A DNA stretch of 64,000 nucleotides, from positions 5,216,001 through 5,280,000 of the forward strand of contig OZ244065.1 of NCBI GenBank assembly GCA_965215505.1. The letters are read 5' to 3'. The DNA comes from Capsulimonadaceae bacterium (GTDB taxonomy: Bacteria; Armatimonadota; Armatimonadia; Armatimonadales; Capsulimonadaceae). The notes under the pieces were generated by a model. That model searched no databases, was not told the origin of the DNA, and was given only the letters and a program-made list of their open reading frames with translations. This document shows, piece after piece, positions 1 to 8,761 of the stretch. The position numbers and the translations under genes were made by a program. Numbering within the stretch: the stretch's first letter is position 1; the number at the start of each line of letters is the position of its first letter.

Positions 1-2
1 CG

Positions 3-248
3 GGGGCATCCAGCGAGTCGTCAAGCCAGGAAACCGACGGGTCCGGCGGACACGGAGCGGGTCTCGCCGCCGGCTTCACCTTCGTTGCGAGCATCCTGGC
101 CGGGCTTCTGGCGGGGAGCTGGCTGGACAGCCGCTTCAACCACACCGGAACGCCCTGGGGCGTCATGGTAATGACCCTGGCTGGTGCGGGCGTCGGCTTC
201 TCGAACATGTTTAAACTGCTGAACCGTGGGAACCGACGCAAGCCGTAA
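3..248 (+). CDS. AtpZ/AtpI-family small membrane protein (5'-truncated by window edge)
   Basis: Frame ending TAA 246-248 reads ...AGFTFVASILAGLLAGSWLDSRFNHTGTPWGVMVMTLAGAGVGFSNMFKLL; two TM segments around the WLDxxF..TPW motif; first gene of the atp operon. Confidence 0.8.
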   Translation, partial: GASSESSSQETDGSGGHGAGLAAGFTFVASILAGLLAGSWLDSRFNHTGTPWGVMVMTLAGAGVGFSNMFKLLNRGNRRKP

Positions 249-260
249 CGTCCCCGCCGC

Positions 261-740
261 ATGACCATGACATCACTGATTGAAATAGCTCCTTCGGAGG
301 CCGCCCCTGCGGAAAACGCCCCCGCGAAGCCTTCGGCCGCCCTCCCTGGCTTTAACCGCTTGGCTGGAGCCGCCTGTTCCCTCGGTGCGCTGCCTGTCGC
401 CTTGCTGCTGCTGACCGGACGCCTCTGGCTCGGCGTCAGCGTTGCTCTGGGCGTGGGGATCAGCCTGGGCGTCTGCGGCCTGCTGTTCCTGTTCGTCGAG
501 CGCGCCATGCCCGTCTTCTTCGGGTCGGTCCGGGGGCGGGCGGGGTCACTCGCGACGCAGGGGACGCAACTACAGTTTTTCTTCCTGCTCGGCGCGAAGC
601 TGCTGTTCATCGCCCTGGTCGGCGCGGCCTTCCTGACGCTGCACCGCGTCAACCCCGTCGCCGTCCTCGTCGGCTTCGTCCTGGGCCAGTCCGCCATCGT
701 CCTGTCCGCGATTCGCTTCCGAAGACCCGACTCACAGTAA
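261..740 (+). CDS. atpI: ATP synthase subunit I-like membrane protein
   Basis: Four hydrophobic segments, KLLFIAL...NPVAVLVGF pattern, directly upstream of atpB. Confidence 0.7.
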   Translation: MTMTSLIEIAPSEAAPAENAPAKPSAALPGFNRLAGAACSLGALPVALLLLTGRLWLGVSVALGVGISLGVCGLLFLFVERAMPVFFGSVRGRAGSLATQGTQLQFFFLLGAKLLFIALVGAAFLTLHRVNPVAVLVGFVLGQSAIVLSAIRFRRPDSQ

Positions 741-748
741 AAACAACT

Positions 749-1486
749 ATGGAACTTCTGCCCTGGACGACTTACGCTTTTTACATTCTCCTAACCTCCG
801 CGCTGTTGCTGGCTTTCGGCATCTTCGCGGTCTCGAAAAAGGCCACCGTGCCGGGCCGGGCGCAGGGCTTCGTAGAGTGGGTCATGGAGAGTCTGCGGAC
901 TATCTTCTTGGGTGCCCTCGGCCCCGGCGGTGAGCGCCACCTGCCCCTCATCTTTGCCCTCTTCTGGTACATCCTGTTCTGCAACATGATCGAGCTGATC
1001 CCGTTCTTCCGGGCGGCCACGGCCAACCCGAGTACCACCATCGGCCTGGGGATCATCGTCTTCTTCTACACGCAGTACGTCGGCATCACTTCTAAAGGGC
1101 TGAAAGAATACCTGAAGCACTTCGTCGGCCCGCTGCTGATCCTCGCACCGCTGTTCATCGTCATCGAGATTCTGGGCGAGTTCATCAAGCCGTTCTCGCT
1201 CGGGATGAGGCTGTTCGGAAACATCTACGCTGAGGACCAGATGAACGACCTGGCGGCGACCGCCATCCACCTCGGCCCGCTGAACGTGCCCTTGCAGATC
1301 ATCGTCTACCCACTGCAAATCTTTACCGGCGTCATCCAGGCCTTCATCTTCGCCATGCTGACCTGCGCCTACATCGGAATCATGTCGGAGACGCATCACA
1401 ATGCTGAGGGCGATTTCGATGTGCCGGACGCCCACGATCACAACGTCAAAGAAAACACCCGTGCCCACGCTCCCGTGGCACACTAA
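749..1486 (+). CDS. atpB: F0F1 ATP synthase subunit a
   Basis: KPFSLGMRLFGN and IQAFIFAMLT motifs. Confidence 0.97.
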   Translation: MELLPWTTYAFYILLTSALLLAFGIFAVSKKATVPGRAQGFVEWVMESLRTIFLGALGPGGERHLPLIFALFWYILFCNMIELIPFFRAATANPSTTIGLGIIVFFYTQYVGITSKGLKEYLKHFVGPLLILAPLFIVIEILGEFIKPFSLGMRLFGNIYAEDQMNDLAATAIHLGPLNVPLQIIVYPLQIFTGVIQAFIFAMLTCAYIGIMSETHHNAEGDFDVPDAHDHNVKENTRAHAPVAH

Positions 1487-1498
1487 GGAGAGAAACGA

Positions 1499-1774
1499 AT
1501 GGCTGGTACTTATTTTGGACTTCTCGCGCTGGGCGTCGCCCTAATGCTCCCCCTCGCCGCCGTCGGCGTCGGCATCGGTGAGGGCATGGTCTTTGCCGCC
1601 GCCATCCAGGGCGTCGCCCGTCAGCCGGAGGCCGAGGGCCGCATCCGCAACCTGATGTTCGTCACCTTCGCCCTCGTCGAAACCCTGTTTATCTTCACCC
1701 TGGTCTTCTTCTTCGGCTTGAAGGCTCTGCTGCCCTCGGCGGAGCAGATCCAGACGATGCTGGGTGCCCACTAA
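1499..1774 (+). CDS. atpE: F0F1 ATP synthase subunit c
   Basis: GVGIGEG, ARQPEA loop, ALVET carboxylate; AAGGAG RBS. Confidence 0.97.
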   Translation: MAGTYFGLLALGVALMLPLAAVGVGIGEGMVFAAAIQGVARQPEAEGRIRNLMFVTFALVETLFIFTLVFFFGLKALLPSAEQIQTMLGAH

Positions 1775-1795
1775 ACACTTGGGGATGACTCGGAC

Positions 1796-2371
1796 ATGAA
1801 CTTTTTGCAACAACTCGGAATTACGCCGGCCCTCCTGCTCACCCAGATCGTCGGCTTTCTGATCTTGCTCTTCCTGCTGAACCGCTTCATGTTCAAGCCG
1901 ATCTTCGGTATTCTGGACCAGCGGCAGGCGGACATCAAGGCGACCTACGACCAGATCGAGCAAGATCGCAAGCGCATGGAAGACACGCGGCGGCAGTACG
2001 AGCAGCGGCTCGCCAACATCGAGGCCGAGGCGCGCGAGAAGATCCAGGCTGCCGTGCTGGAAGCGCAGGCTTTGCGCGACAACCTCGTCGCCGACGCCCG
2101 CCAGCAGGCGGAGACCATTGTCGTGCAGGGCCGCAACGAGAGCGAGCGGGAGCGCCAGGCCGCTTTCCTGGAGATGCGTCAGCAGATCGTCGCCATCGCC
2201 ATGGCGGCGGCGGGCAAAGTCGTCGGTGAAAACCTAAACGACGCCCGCCAGACAAAGATGGTGGATGACTTCATCGGCAGCGTCGGCATCGGCGCGGTCA
2301 GCGAGTCCGGGCGCGGCGTTTCCGGCGGCGCGATCCACAGCGGGTCGGGAAACGGCGCGGCGGCACATTGA
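1796..2371 (+). CDS. atpF: F0F1 ATP synthase subunit b
   Basis: N-terminal TM (FLILLFLLNRFMFKPI) then charged coiled coil; operon position. Confidence 0.95.
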   Translation: MNFLQQLGITPALLLTQIVGFLILLFLLNRFMFKPIFGILDQRQADIKATYDQIEQDRKRMEDTRRQYEQRLANIEAEAREKIQAAVLEAQALRDNLVADARQQAETIVVQGRNESERERQAAFLEMRQQIVAIAMAAAGKVVGENLNDARQTKMVDDFIGSVGIGAVSESGRGVSGGAIHSGSGNGAAAH

Positions 2372-2928
2372 AAGACATCCGAGTCGCCAGCCGCTACGCC
2401 TCTGCCCTGTTCGGGGTCGCTCGGCGGGACGGCATCTTAGACGCCGTGGAGCAGGACCTGACCTTGATCAGCCGCTTCCTCGCCGACGTGCCGTACCTGC
2501 GTGCCGTGCTGATGCAGCCGCTCGTGTCGGTCTCGCGCAAGAACACCGTCGTGGATGAAGCCTTCGGCGACCGGGTCACGGCCTCCTCACTGAACTTCCT
2601 CAAGCTGCTCATCCGCAAGCGGCGTGAGGATCTGGTCGGCGAGTGCGTCCGCGAGTTCCGCGCCCTGCTGGCCGAACATACGAACACCGTGGACGCCGAG
2701 GCGTGGTCGGCCGTCCCGATGACTTTGGAGCAGCAGGAGCGGCTCGTCGTGAGCCTGCACAAACTGACCGGCAAGAAAGTCCGCCTGGTGGCCGAAGTGG
2801 ATAGAACGCTGGTCGGCGGCGTCGTCGTCCGGATCGGCGACACGGTCATGGACGGCAGCGTGCGCGGCAAGCTGGAGCGTCTGGAGCGGCAGTTGTTAGG
2901 GGCGAATGCCCTGGGAGGAACCGTCTAA
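2368..2928 (+). CDS. atpH: F1 ATP synthase subunit delta
   Basis: VASRYASALF and VDRTLVGGVVVRIGDTVMDGS motifs; TTG start overlapping atpF stop. Confidence 0.95.
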   Translation: MKDIRVASRYASALFGVARRDGILDAVEQDLTLISRFLADVPYLRAVLMQPLVSVSRKNTVVDEAFGDRVTASSLNFLKLLIRKRREDLVGECVREFRALLAEHTNTVDAEAWSAVPMTLEQQERLVVSLHKLTGKKVRLVAEVDRTLVGGVVVRIGDTVMDGSVRGKLERLERQLLGANALGGTV

Positions 2929-4443
2929 GTGGCAATCAAGCCGGAAGAAATCACGTCCATTCTCGAACGGGAACTGGAATCGTATAAGTCGGACATCGAG
3001 GAAGTCGGCGTCGGCACCATCCTACAGGTCGGCGACGGCATCGCGCGCATTTACGGCCTTCAGGACTGCATGGTCGGCGAGCTTTTGGAGTTCCCCGGCG
3101 GCGTGCAGGGCATGGCCCTGAACCTGGAAGAAGACAACGTCGGCGCGGTCCTTCTGGGATCGGAAACGGGCATCAAAGAGGGCGACACAGTCAAGCGGAC
3201 TGGCAACATCATCCAAATCCCCGTCGGCGAGGCCCTCGTGGGTCGCATCGTGAACGCCCTGGGCCAGCCGATTGATAACAAGGGGCCGATCGCGACCACC
3301 GAGTTCCGCCGCCTCGAAACCCGCTCGCCGGGCGTCGTTGAGCGCCAGCCGGTGAAGGAACCTCTCCAGACCGGCATCAAAGCCGTGGACTCGATGATTC
3401 CCATCGGGCGCGGCCAGCGCGAACTGATCATCGGCGACCGTGGCACCGGCAAGACGGCCGTCGCCCTCGACGCCATCATCAACCAGCGCGACACCGACGT
3501 CTACTGCATCTACGTCGCCATCGGCCAGAAGTCCAGCACCGTCGCCAACGTCCGCACGGCTCTGGAGCAGGCCGGCGCGATGGAATACACCACCATCGTG
3601 GCCGCGACCGCCGACGACCCGGCCTCCCAGCAATATATCTCCCCCTACACCGGTGCCTGCATCGGCGAGTGGTTCCGGGACAACGGCAAGCACGCCCTGA
3701 TCGTCTATGATGACCTGTCCAAGCAGGCCGTCGCCTACCGCCAGGTGTCCCTCCTGCTGCGCCGCCCGCCGGGCCGTGAGGCGTACCCCGGTGATGTCTT
3801 CTACCTGCACTCCCGCCTGTTGGAAAGGTCCGCCAAGCTGTCCAAGGAACTCGGCGGCGGGTCCCTGACGGCCCTGCCGATCATCGAGACCCAGGCGGGC
3901 GATGTGTCGGCCTACATCCCGACCAACGTCATCTCGATCACCGACGGCCAGATCTTCCTGGAAACAGACCTGTTCAACTCGGGCGTCCGGCCCGCCATCA
4001 ACGTCGGCGTTTCCGTTTCGCGGGTCGGCGGCAACGCCCAGACCAAAGCGATGAAGGACAAAAACGTCGGCGGTCAGCTAAAGTTGCAGCTCGCCCAGTT
4101 CCGCGAAGTGCAGGCCTTCTCGCAGTTCGCCTCGGACCTGGACAAAGCGACCCAGGCCCAGCTCGCGCGCGGCCTGCGCCTGGTCGAAGTCCTGAAGCAG
4201 CCGCAGTACCAGCCGATCCCCCTGGAGCGGCAGGTGCCGATCATCTACGCGGCCAACACGGGCGCTCTGGACGACGTGCCGGTCGAGGCCGTGCGCCGCT
4301 TCGAGTCAGAGTTCATCGCCTTCCTGGCCGACAAGTACCCGGAAGTGCCGGAAACAATCGCTCGCGACCGGGTTCTGAGCGAGGGAACGGTGGATGCCTT
4401 GAAGAAGGGCATCGCCGCCTTCAAGGCGCAGTTCAAGCCGTAG
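2929..4443 (+). CDS. atpA: F1 ATP synthase subunit alpha
   Basis: GDRGTGKT P-loop, [36 protein letters not shown]. Confidence 0.99.
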   Translation: MAIKPEEITSILERELESYKSDIEEVGVGTILQVGDGIARIYGLQDCMVGELLEFPGGVQGMALNLEEDNVGAVLLGSETGIKEGDTVKRTGNIIQIPVGEALVGRIVNALGQPIDNKGPIATTEFRRLETRSPGVVERQPVKEPLQTGIKAVDSMIPIGRGQRELIIGDRGTGKTAVALDAIINQRDTDVYCIYVAIGQKSSTVANVRTALEQAGAMEYTTIVAATADDPASQQYISPYTGACIGEWFRDNGKHALIVYDDLSKQAVAYRQVSLLLRRPPGREAYPGDVFYLHSRLLERSAKLSKELGGGSLTALPIIETQAGDVSAYIPTNVISITDGQIFLETDLFNSGVRPAINVGVSVSRVGGNAQTKAMKDKNVGGQLKLQLAQFREVQAFSQFASDLDKATQAQLARGLRLVEVLKQPQYQPIPLERQVPIIYAANTGALDDVPVEAVRRFESEFIAFLADKYPEVPETIARDRVLSEGTVDALKKGIAAFKAQFKP

Positions 4444-4454
4444 CGACCTCCAAC

Positions 4455-4485
4455 AAAGCCCCGGCCAGGAATGGCCGGGGCTTTT
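4455..4485 (+). terminator. Intrinsic (probably bidirectional) terminator after atpA
   Basis: AAAGCCCCGGCCA-GGAA-TGGCCGGGGCTTTT perfect hairpin with U tail. Confidence 0.85.
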
Positions 4486-4556
4486 GTGTGTCTGGCATCG
4501 AGGGCCTCTTGCTCCGGGGCAGGGGCCTGAGTAACGTCAGCCAAACATACTGCCTC

Positions 4557-4585
4557 TTGACTTTTCCGTTGCCTCTTGCTACACT
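4557..4585 (+). promoter_or_regulatory. sigma70-type promoter for the toxin-antitoxin locus
   Basis: TTGACT-N17-TACACT with extended TG; TGCCTCTTG direct repeat at 4551-4559 and 4570-4578 overlaps it. Confidence 0.6.
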
Positions 4586-4669
4586 GTCTATGATCTGTGG
4601 ACTTTTGTTTCGGCTGAAGTGCCAGTTGCGACTTCCGATGCAGAAGTATATAACAGAGGGACCAAAAAC

Positions 4670-4942
4670 ATGACTGCCTACCAATTCTACGAACAAGTTG
4701 TTAAACCGTTGTCCGCTGAGGAAAAACTGGCGATTGCCCGGCTGATTATGGATGAGGTGGTTCCTGATCCGGCCCCGCCGCCGAGTGCTAGGCAGCTTGA
4801 GCAGACTACGATGCCTCTCAGCCAATTTGGAGCTGGGCGCGACTTATTGGCCGGGATCGATGTTGACGAACTTTTGGCCGTATCAATAGACGATGTGTTT
4901 GCGGACTATATGCCGGAAGAACTAGATGCAGCACATTATTGA
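4670..4942 (+). CDS. Putative antitoxin (VapB/DUF2281-like)
   Basis: 90 aa, acidic C-terminus (FGAGRDLL...DDVFADYM); overlaps the start of a PIN toxin by 17 nt. Confidence 0.7.
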   Translation: MTAYQFYEQVVKPLSAEEKLAIARLIMDEVVPDPAPPPSARQLEQTTMPLSQFGAGRDLLAGIDVDELLAVSIDDVFADYMPEELDAAHY

Positions 4943-5013
4943 CACGCATACGTTCCTTTGGTTTGTCAAAGGCTCGGAGAAGTTGCCGACCTCCGTTCGA
5001 AGTCTCATTGATA

Positions 5014-6116
5014 AGTAGTTGTTCTAAATTAGATTAAACCATTGGCTCCGCTGTCCTAGTGGCTCGGAACGGCTGGAACTGGATTGTGAGGCACTGACCA
5101 ACCGCAGCCAATGCCTGCCAAACCGCCAGATGCAGCGTCTCCTTGTCGGCATAGTCCTCGGGACAAAGCCACTCATATTTGAGCTTGCGCCACAGGATCT
5201 CCGCAATGTTGAGGTGCGGACTGTACGGCGGCAGAAAGAACACGAACAGCCCACGCTCCTGCCAAACCGCCCAACGCTCTTTGACGGCCTTCTTGTGGAC
5301 GCTGGCATTATCCAGGACAACGACCGTCAGGCGCGGCAGCGACAAGGAAAGAGCATCTAAGCGTTCGCTGATCCAGGCCGCTGTGATTGTCTGCTCCGTC
5401 AAGTACCGGTGGAGGCGGTTGTCCCGAGAAAGCAGGGCGAAGCAATTTACATTGCCCCCGCGCTCACTGGGCATCGCTACCTGTTCATCGGCAAACTGCC
5501 ACGCATAAGGAACACAGGGTAGCAGAGACACGCCGCTCTCATCGCCGTAGAACAGGTCAATGTGGCCCTGCTCCGAAAGCCGCTCATACTCCGTGAGGCA
5601 CTCACGCTTGAACTCGTAAACATCGGCGTTGGGCGTGCGTTTCAGGCGTCGTCGCACTCGCTTGAAGCGGCCGCCGTTTTTTTTAGGAACCGCTTGAGCG
5701 TGAGTGTGGAGAACTCCTTGCCAAGTTCCTGTTCCAGTTCGGCTTTGGCGAGGCTGACGCGCTGACGGTTCTTCTGCACCGCGCGGCGCACGGCTTCCAA
5801 ATCGGTTGTCTGTTGCAGGATAGGGCGTCGCCCCCTTCCTTGGCGGGTCTTCAATCCGTCAATGCCGTGTTCCTGGTAGCGCGTGAGCCAGGTGTTGACG
5901 ACCACCTCGCAGCAGCCGACTTGGCGGGCGACCTCTTGGGAGGTAAGCCACTGGGATTTGAGCAGGATCATTTGGCAACGCTGGCGAAAGGCATGGGAGG
6001 GGCCATGCTTGCTTCCGTTTTCCAGCGCCGCGCGTTCGTCCTCGGTCAGTTCGATTGCCTTGATTTTCGCCATGACGCTATTGTAGCATAGTTTAATCTA
6101 ATTCTGAACAACTACT
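5014..6116 (-). mobile_element. IS630-family insertion sequence (1103 bp)
   Basis: 26-bp terminal inverted repeats (5014-5039 / 6091-6116, 2 mismatches), duplicated TA at 5012-5013 and 6117-6118, HTH + DDE transposase. Confidence 0.95.
5034..6073 (-). CDS. IS630 transposase (OrfA 5642-6073 + OrfB, joined by a -1 frameshift)
   Basis: OrfA HTH; OrfB FYGDES, VVLDNASVH, LPPYSPHLNIAEILW; A8 run at 5677-5684 joins FLKK to NGGRFKRVRRRLK. Confidence 0.92.
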
Positions 6117-6424
6117 TAGTCCAGTGGATGCAACCCAGATCAGCATCGCTTCATTTTGGGAGATCGGCATCAAAGCAGGTCTGGGCAAATTGCCGCTGAC
6201 AACGGGACTGCTGGAACTGGAAGCGATTGCAGTGCGGCAATCCATCGAAATTCTGCCGATTACGGTGCAGGCAATCTCTGCGATTCAGCAGATGCCGCAT
6301 CACCACCAAGACCCTTTCGACCGGATTATTGCCGCGACTGTGCTGACGATGGGCGGCGTATTATTGAGCGCCGATACTATCTTTGATGCCTACGGCGTCC
6401 CAAGAACATGGCAAGAATGAGTAA

Positions 6425-7537
6425 ATGATAGACCCCCGACTGACCAGATGGGCGGACACGCTCGTCAATTACAGCCTCTCGCTCCAACCCGGCGAGCAGG
6501 TACTCATCCGCGTGGACGAGGCCGCCATTCCGCTCGCCAAGGAGGTCTATCGTTCTGCCCTCTCCGTAGGCGCGCACCCCCATGTGCAGGTGCTTGTAGA
6601 AGGCCTGGACGAGATCTTCCTGACGACGGCTGACGACCGGCAGCTAGAGTGGGTGTCGCCCATCCGGCAGTTCGAGTACGAGACGATCGACGCCCTGTGT
6701 GCCATCGTCGCGTCCGCCAACACTTCCGCCCTGTCCGCCGTCGAAACCGACAAGCAGACGCGGGCGCAGCGGGCGAACAGCGCCATTCGGAAATCCCTGT
6801 TCACCCGGTCGGCGGAGGGCCGGGCCAAGTGGAGCCTGACCCTCTACCCGACGCAGGGCGCGGCGCAGAACGCGAAGATGTCATTAGGGGATTATGAGGA
6901 CTTCCTGCTGCGGGCGATGCTGCTGGACAAAGAGGACCCCGCCGCCGCCTGGAAGGCGTTCTCCCAAGAGCAGCAGCGGTATGTGGATTATCTGAACCGC
7001 GTGGAGACGGTTCGGTTCGTGGCAAAGGACACCGACATCTCCATGCGCGTCGCCGGGCGCGTCTGGGTCAACTCCGATGGCCACAAGAACTTCCCGAGCG
7101 GCGAGATTTTCACCGGGCCTCTGGAAGACAGCGTGAACGGTCAGGTCCGCTACACCTTCCCGACGGCTCACCTGGGGCATGAGGTGGATGACGTGCGGCT
7201 GACGTTTAAAAATGGCCGGGTCATCAAGGCGGAGGCGTCGCGCGGGCAGGAGTTTCTCCTGTCCATGCTGGACAGCGACGAGGGCGCGCGGACGTTGGGC
7301 GAGGTCGCCATCGGCAACAACTACGGCGTCCAGCAGTACACGCGGAACACCCTCTACGATGAGAAGATCGGCGGCACGTTCCACCTTGCTTTGGGCAACG
7401 CCTACCCGGAGACGGGGGCGACGAACGTCTCCGCCGTACATTGGGACATGGTCTGCGACATGCGCCCCGAGGCCGGCGGCGGCGCAGTCTACGCCGACGG
7501 CGTCCTCATCCACGAGAACGGGCAGTGGATTATTTAG
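6425..7537 (+). CDS. Aminopeptidase, M29 family
   Basis: NFPSGEIFTGP, LGEVAIG, YDEKIGGTFHLALGNAY, SAVHWDMV motifs. Confidence 0.93.
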   Translation: MIDPRLTRWADTLVNYSLSLQPGEQVLIRVDEAAIPLAKEVYRSALSVGAHPHVQVLVEGLDEIFLTTADDRQLEWVSPIRQFEYETIDALCAIVASANTSALSAVETDKQTRAQRANSAIRKSLFTRSAEGRAKWSLTLYPTQGAAQNAKMSLGDYEDFLLRAMLLDKEDPAAAWKAFSQEQQRYVDYLNRVETVRFVAKDTDISMRVAGRVWVNSDGHKNFPSGEIFTGPLEDSVNGQVRYTFPTAHLGHEVDDVRLTFKNGRVIKAEASRGQEFLLSMLDSDEGARTLGEVAIGNNYGVQQYTRNTLYDEKIGGTFHLALGNAYPETGATNVSAVHWDMVCDMRPEAGGGAVYADGVLIHENGQWII

Positions 7538-7540
7538 GCA

Positions 7541-8737
7541 TCAAGCCGCGTCATTCAGCGCGTCCAGCATCGGGAACGTCCGCCCGGCGATCTTGGGATC
7601 GATCCGCTTGGCCTCCTGGATCTCGGCCAGGCCGGCCGCGAGGTCGCCGCGCTTGCGGAGGGCAAGCCCAAGGTTGAAGTGCGCCCAGGCATGATGGCTG
7701 TTGATCCTGATGGTCCGCTTCCAGCTCATCAGGGCCGACTCGTGGCGGCGCAGCTTGTACTGCGCGTTGCCCATGTTGAAGTGTGCGCCCGCAAAATTCG
7801 GGTCCACCTGGACCACCTGCTGCCACCGTTCCAGGGCGGCCTCAGTCTGGCCCTCGTTGCTCAAGATAATGCCGAGGTTGAAGTTCGCCCATGGATCGTG
7901 CGGGTCCAGCCGGATCGCCTCGCGCAGCTCCGCCAGGGCGGCATCCACCAGGCCCTTGATGTAGAGCGCGGCCCCCAGATGCTGGTGCGGCTCGGCGATG
8001 CGCGGGTCCTTCTTGATCGCGCGCTCCCAGCAGATGATGGCGTCATCCAGGCGGCCCTCGTTCTGGTAGGCGATTCCCAGATGGATGTGCGCCTGAACGT
8101 CCTCGGGATCGTGCTGAAGCGCCTCCCGGTACTGCGCCAGCGAGGCGTCCGCCATGCCTCGCTGGTGGTACACGGTCGCGAGGTTGTGCCGCACGACGCC
8201 GAGCCTCGGGTCCAGATCCAGGGCGGCCTTCCACTGGGCGATGGCGGCCTCCGTGTCCCCTTGCTGGTAGAGCGCGGTCCCAAAATTGTTGCGCGCATAG
8301 GCGTGGTTCGGCGCGACCCGCACCGCCTCCCGCCACTCGGCGAACGCCTCCTCGTCCCGCCCCTGCGCCCGCAGGGCCAGCCCCAGGTTGTTGCGCGCCC
8401 AGCCGTCGCTCGGGACCAGCCTGATCGCCTCCCAATAAGCGGCGACCGCGCCATCGAGCTTGCCCACGTCCGCCAGAGTGTTGCCAAGCCGGTTGTAGGT
8501 CTCCGCGTCGTCCGGGTTGAGTTGAATCGCCTCCCGGTACTGGACGATGGCGGCGTCATTCTGCCCCCGCGCCGCCAGGGCGTTCGCCAGCGTGATCTTG
8601 GCCTGGGCGTCGTGCGGGGCGCGTTGAGCCGCCTTACGATAGTCGGCGATGGCCGCGTCCATTTCGGCCTTCGCCCGCAGTGAGGTGGGGGCGGCGAACT
8701 GCGAGTTTTCCTGGCGCGTTTCGAGTATCTGGCGCAT
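7541..8737 (-). CDS. Tetratricopeptide repeat protein
   Basis: About ten tandem 34-aa TPR units (A.NNLG.AL...G...A...W..A....P). Confidence 0.9.
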   Translation of the reverse strand: MRQILETRQENSQFAAPTSLRAKAEMDAAIADYRKAAQRAPHDAQAKITLANALAARGQNDAAIVQYREAIQLNPDDAETYNRLGNTLADVGKLDGAVAAYWEAIRLVPSDGWARNNLGLALRAQGRDEEAFAEWREAVRVAPNHAYARNNFGTALYQQGDTEAAIAQWKAALDLDPRLGVVRHNLATVYHQRGMADASLAQYREALQHDPEDVQAHIHLGIAYQNEGRLDDAIICWERAIKKDPRIAEPHQHLGAALYIKGLVDAALAELREAIRLDPHDPWANFNLGIILSNEGQTEAALERWQQVVQVDPNFAGAHFNMGNAQYKLRRHESALMSWKRTIRINSHHAWAHFNLGLALRKRGDLAAGLAEIQEAKRIDPKIAGRTFPMLDALNDAA

Positions 8738-8761
8738 GTGTTTCCTCTTGGAACTGGGAGA

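Larger units (their letters stand above)
4926..6420 (+). pseudogene. vapC: VapC-family PIN toxin interrupted by IS630
   Basis: Removing 5014-6118 restores a 129-aa in-frame ORF: MQHIIDTHTFLWFVKGSEKLPTSVRSLIDS|PVDATQISIASFWEIGIKAGLGKL...HHQDPFDRIIAAT. Confidence 0.92.
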
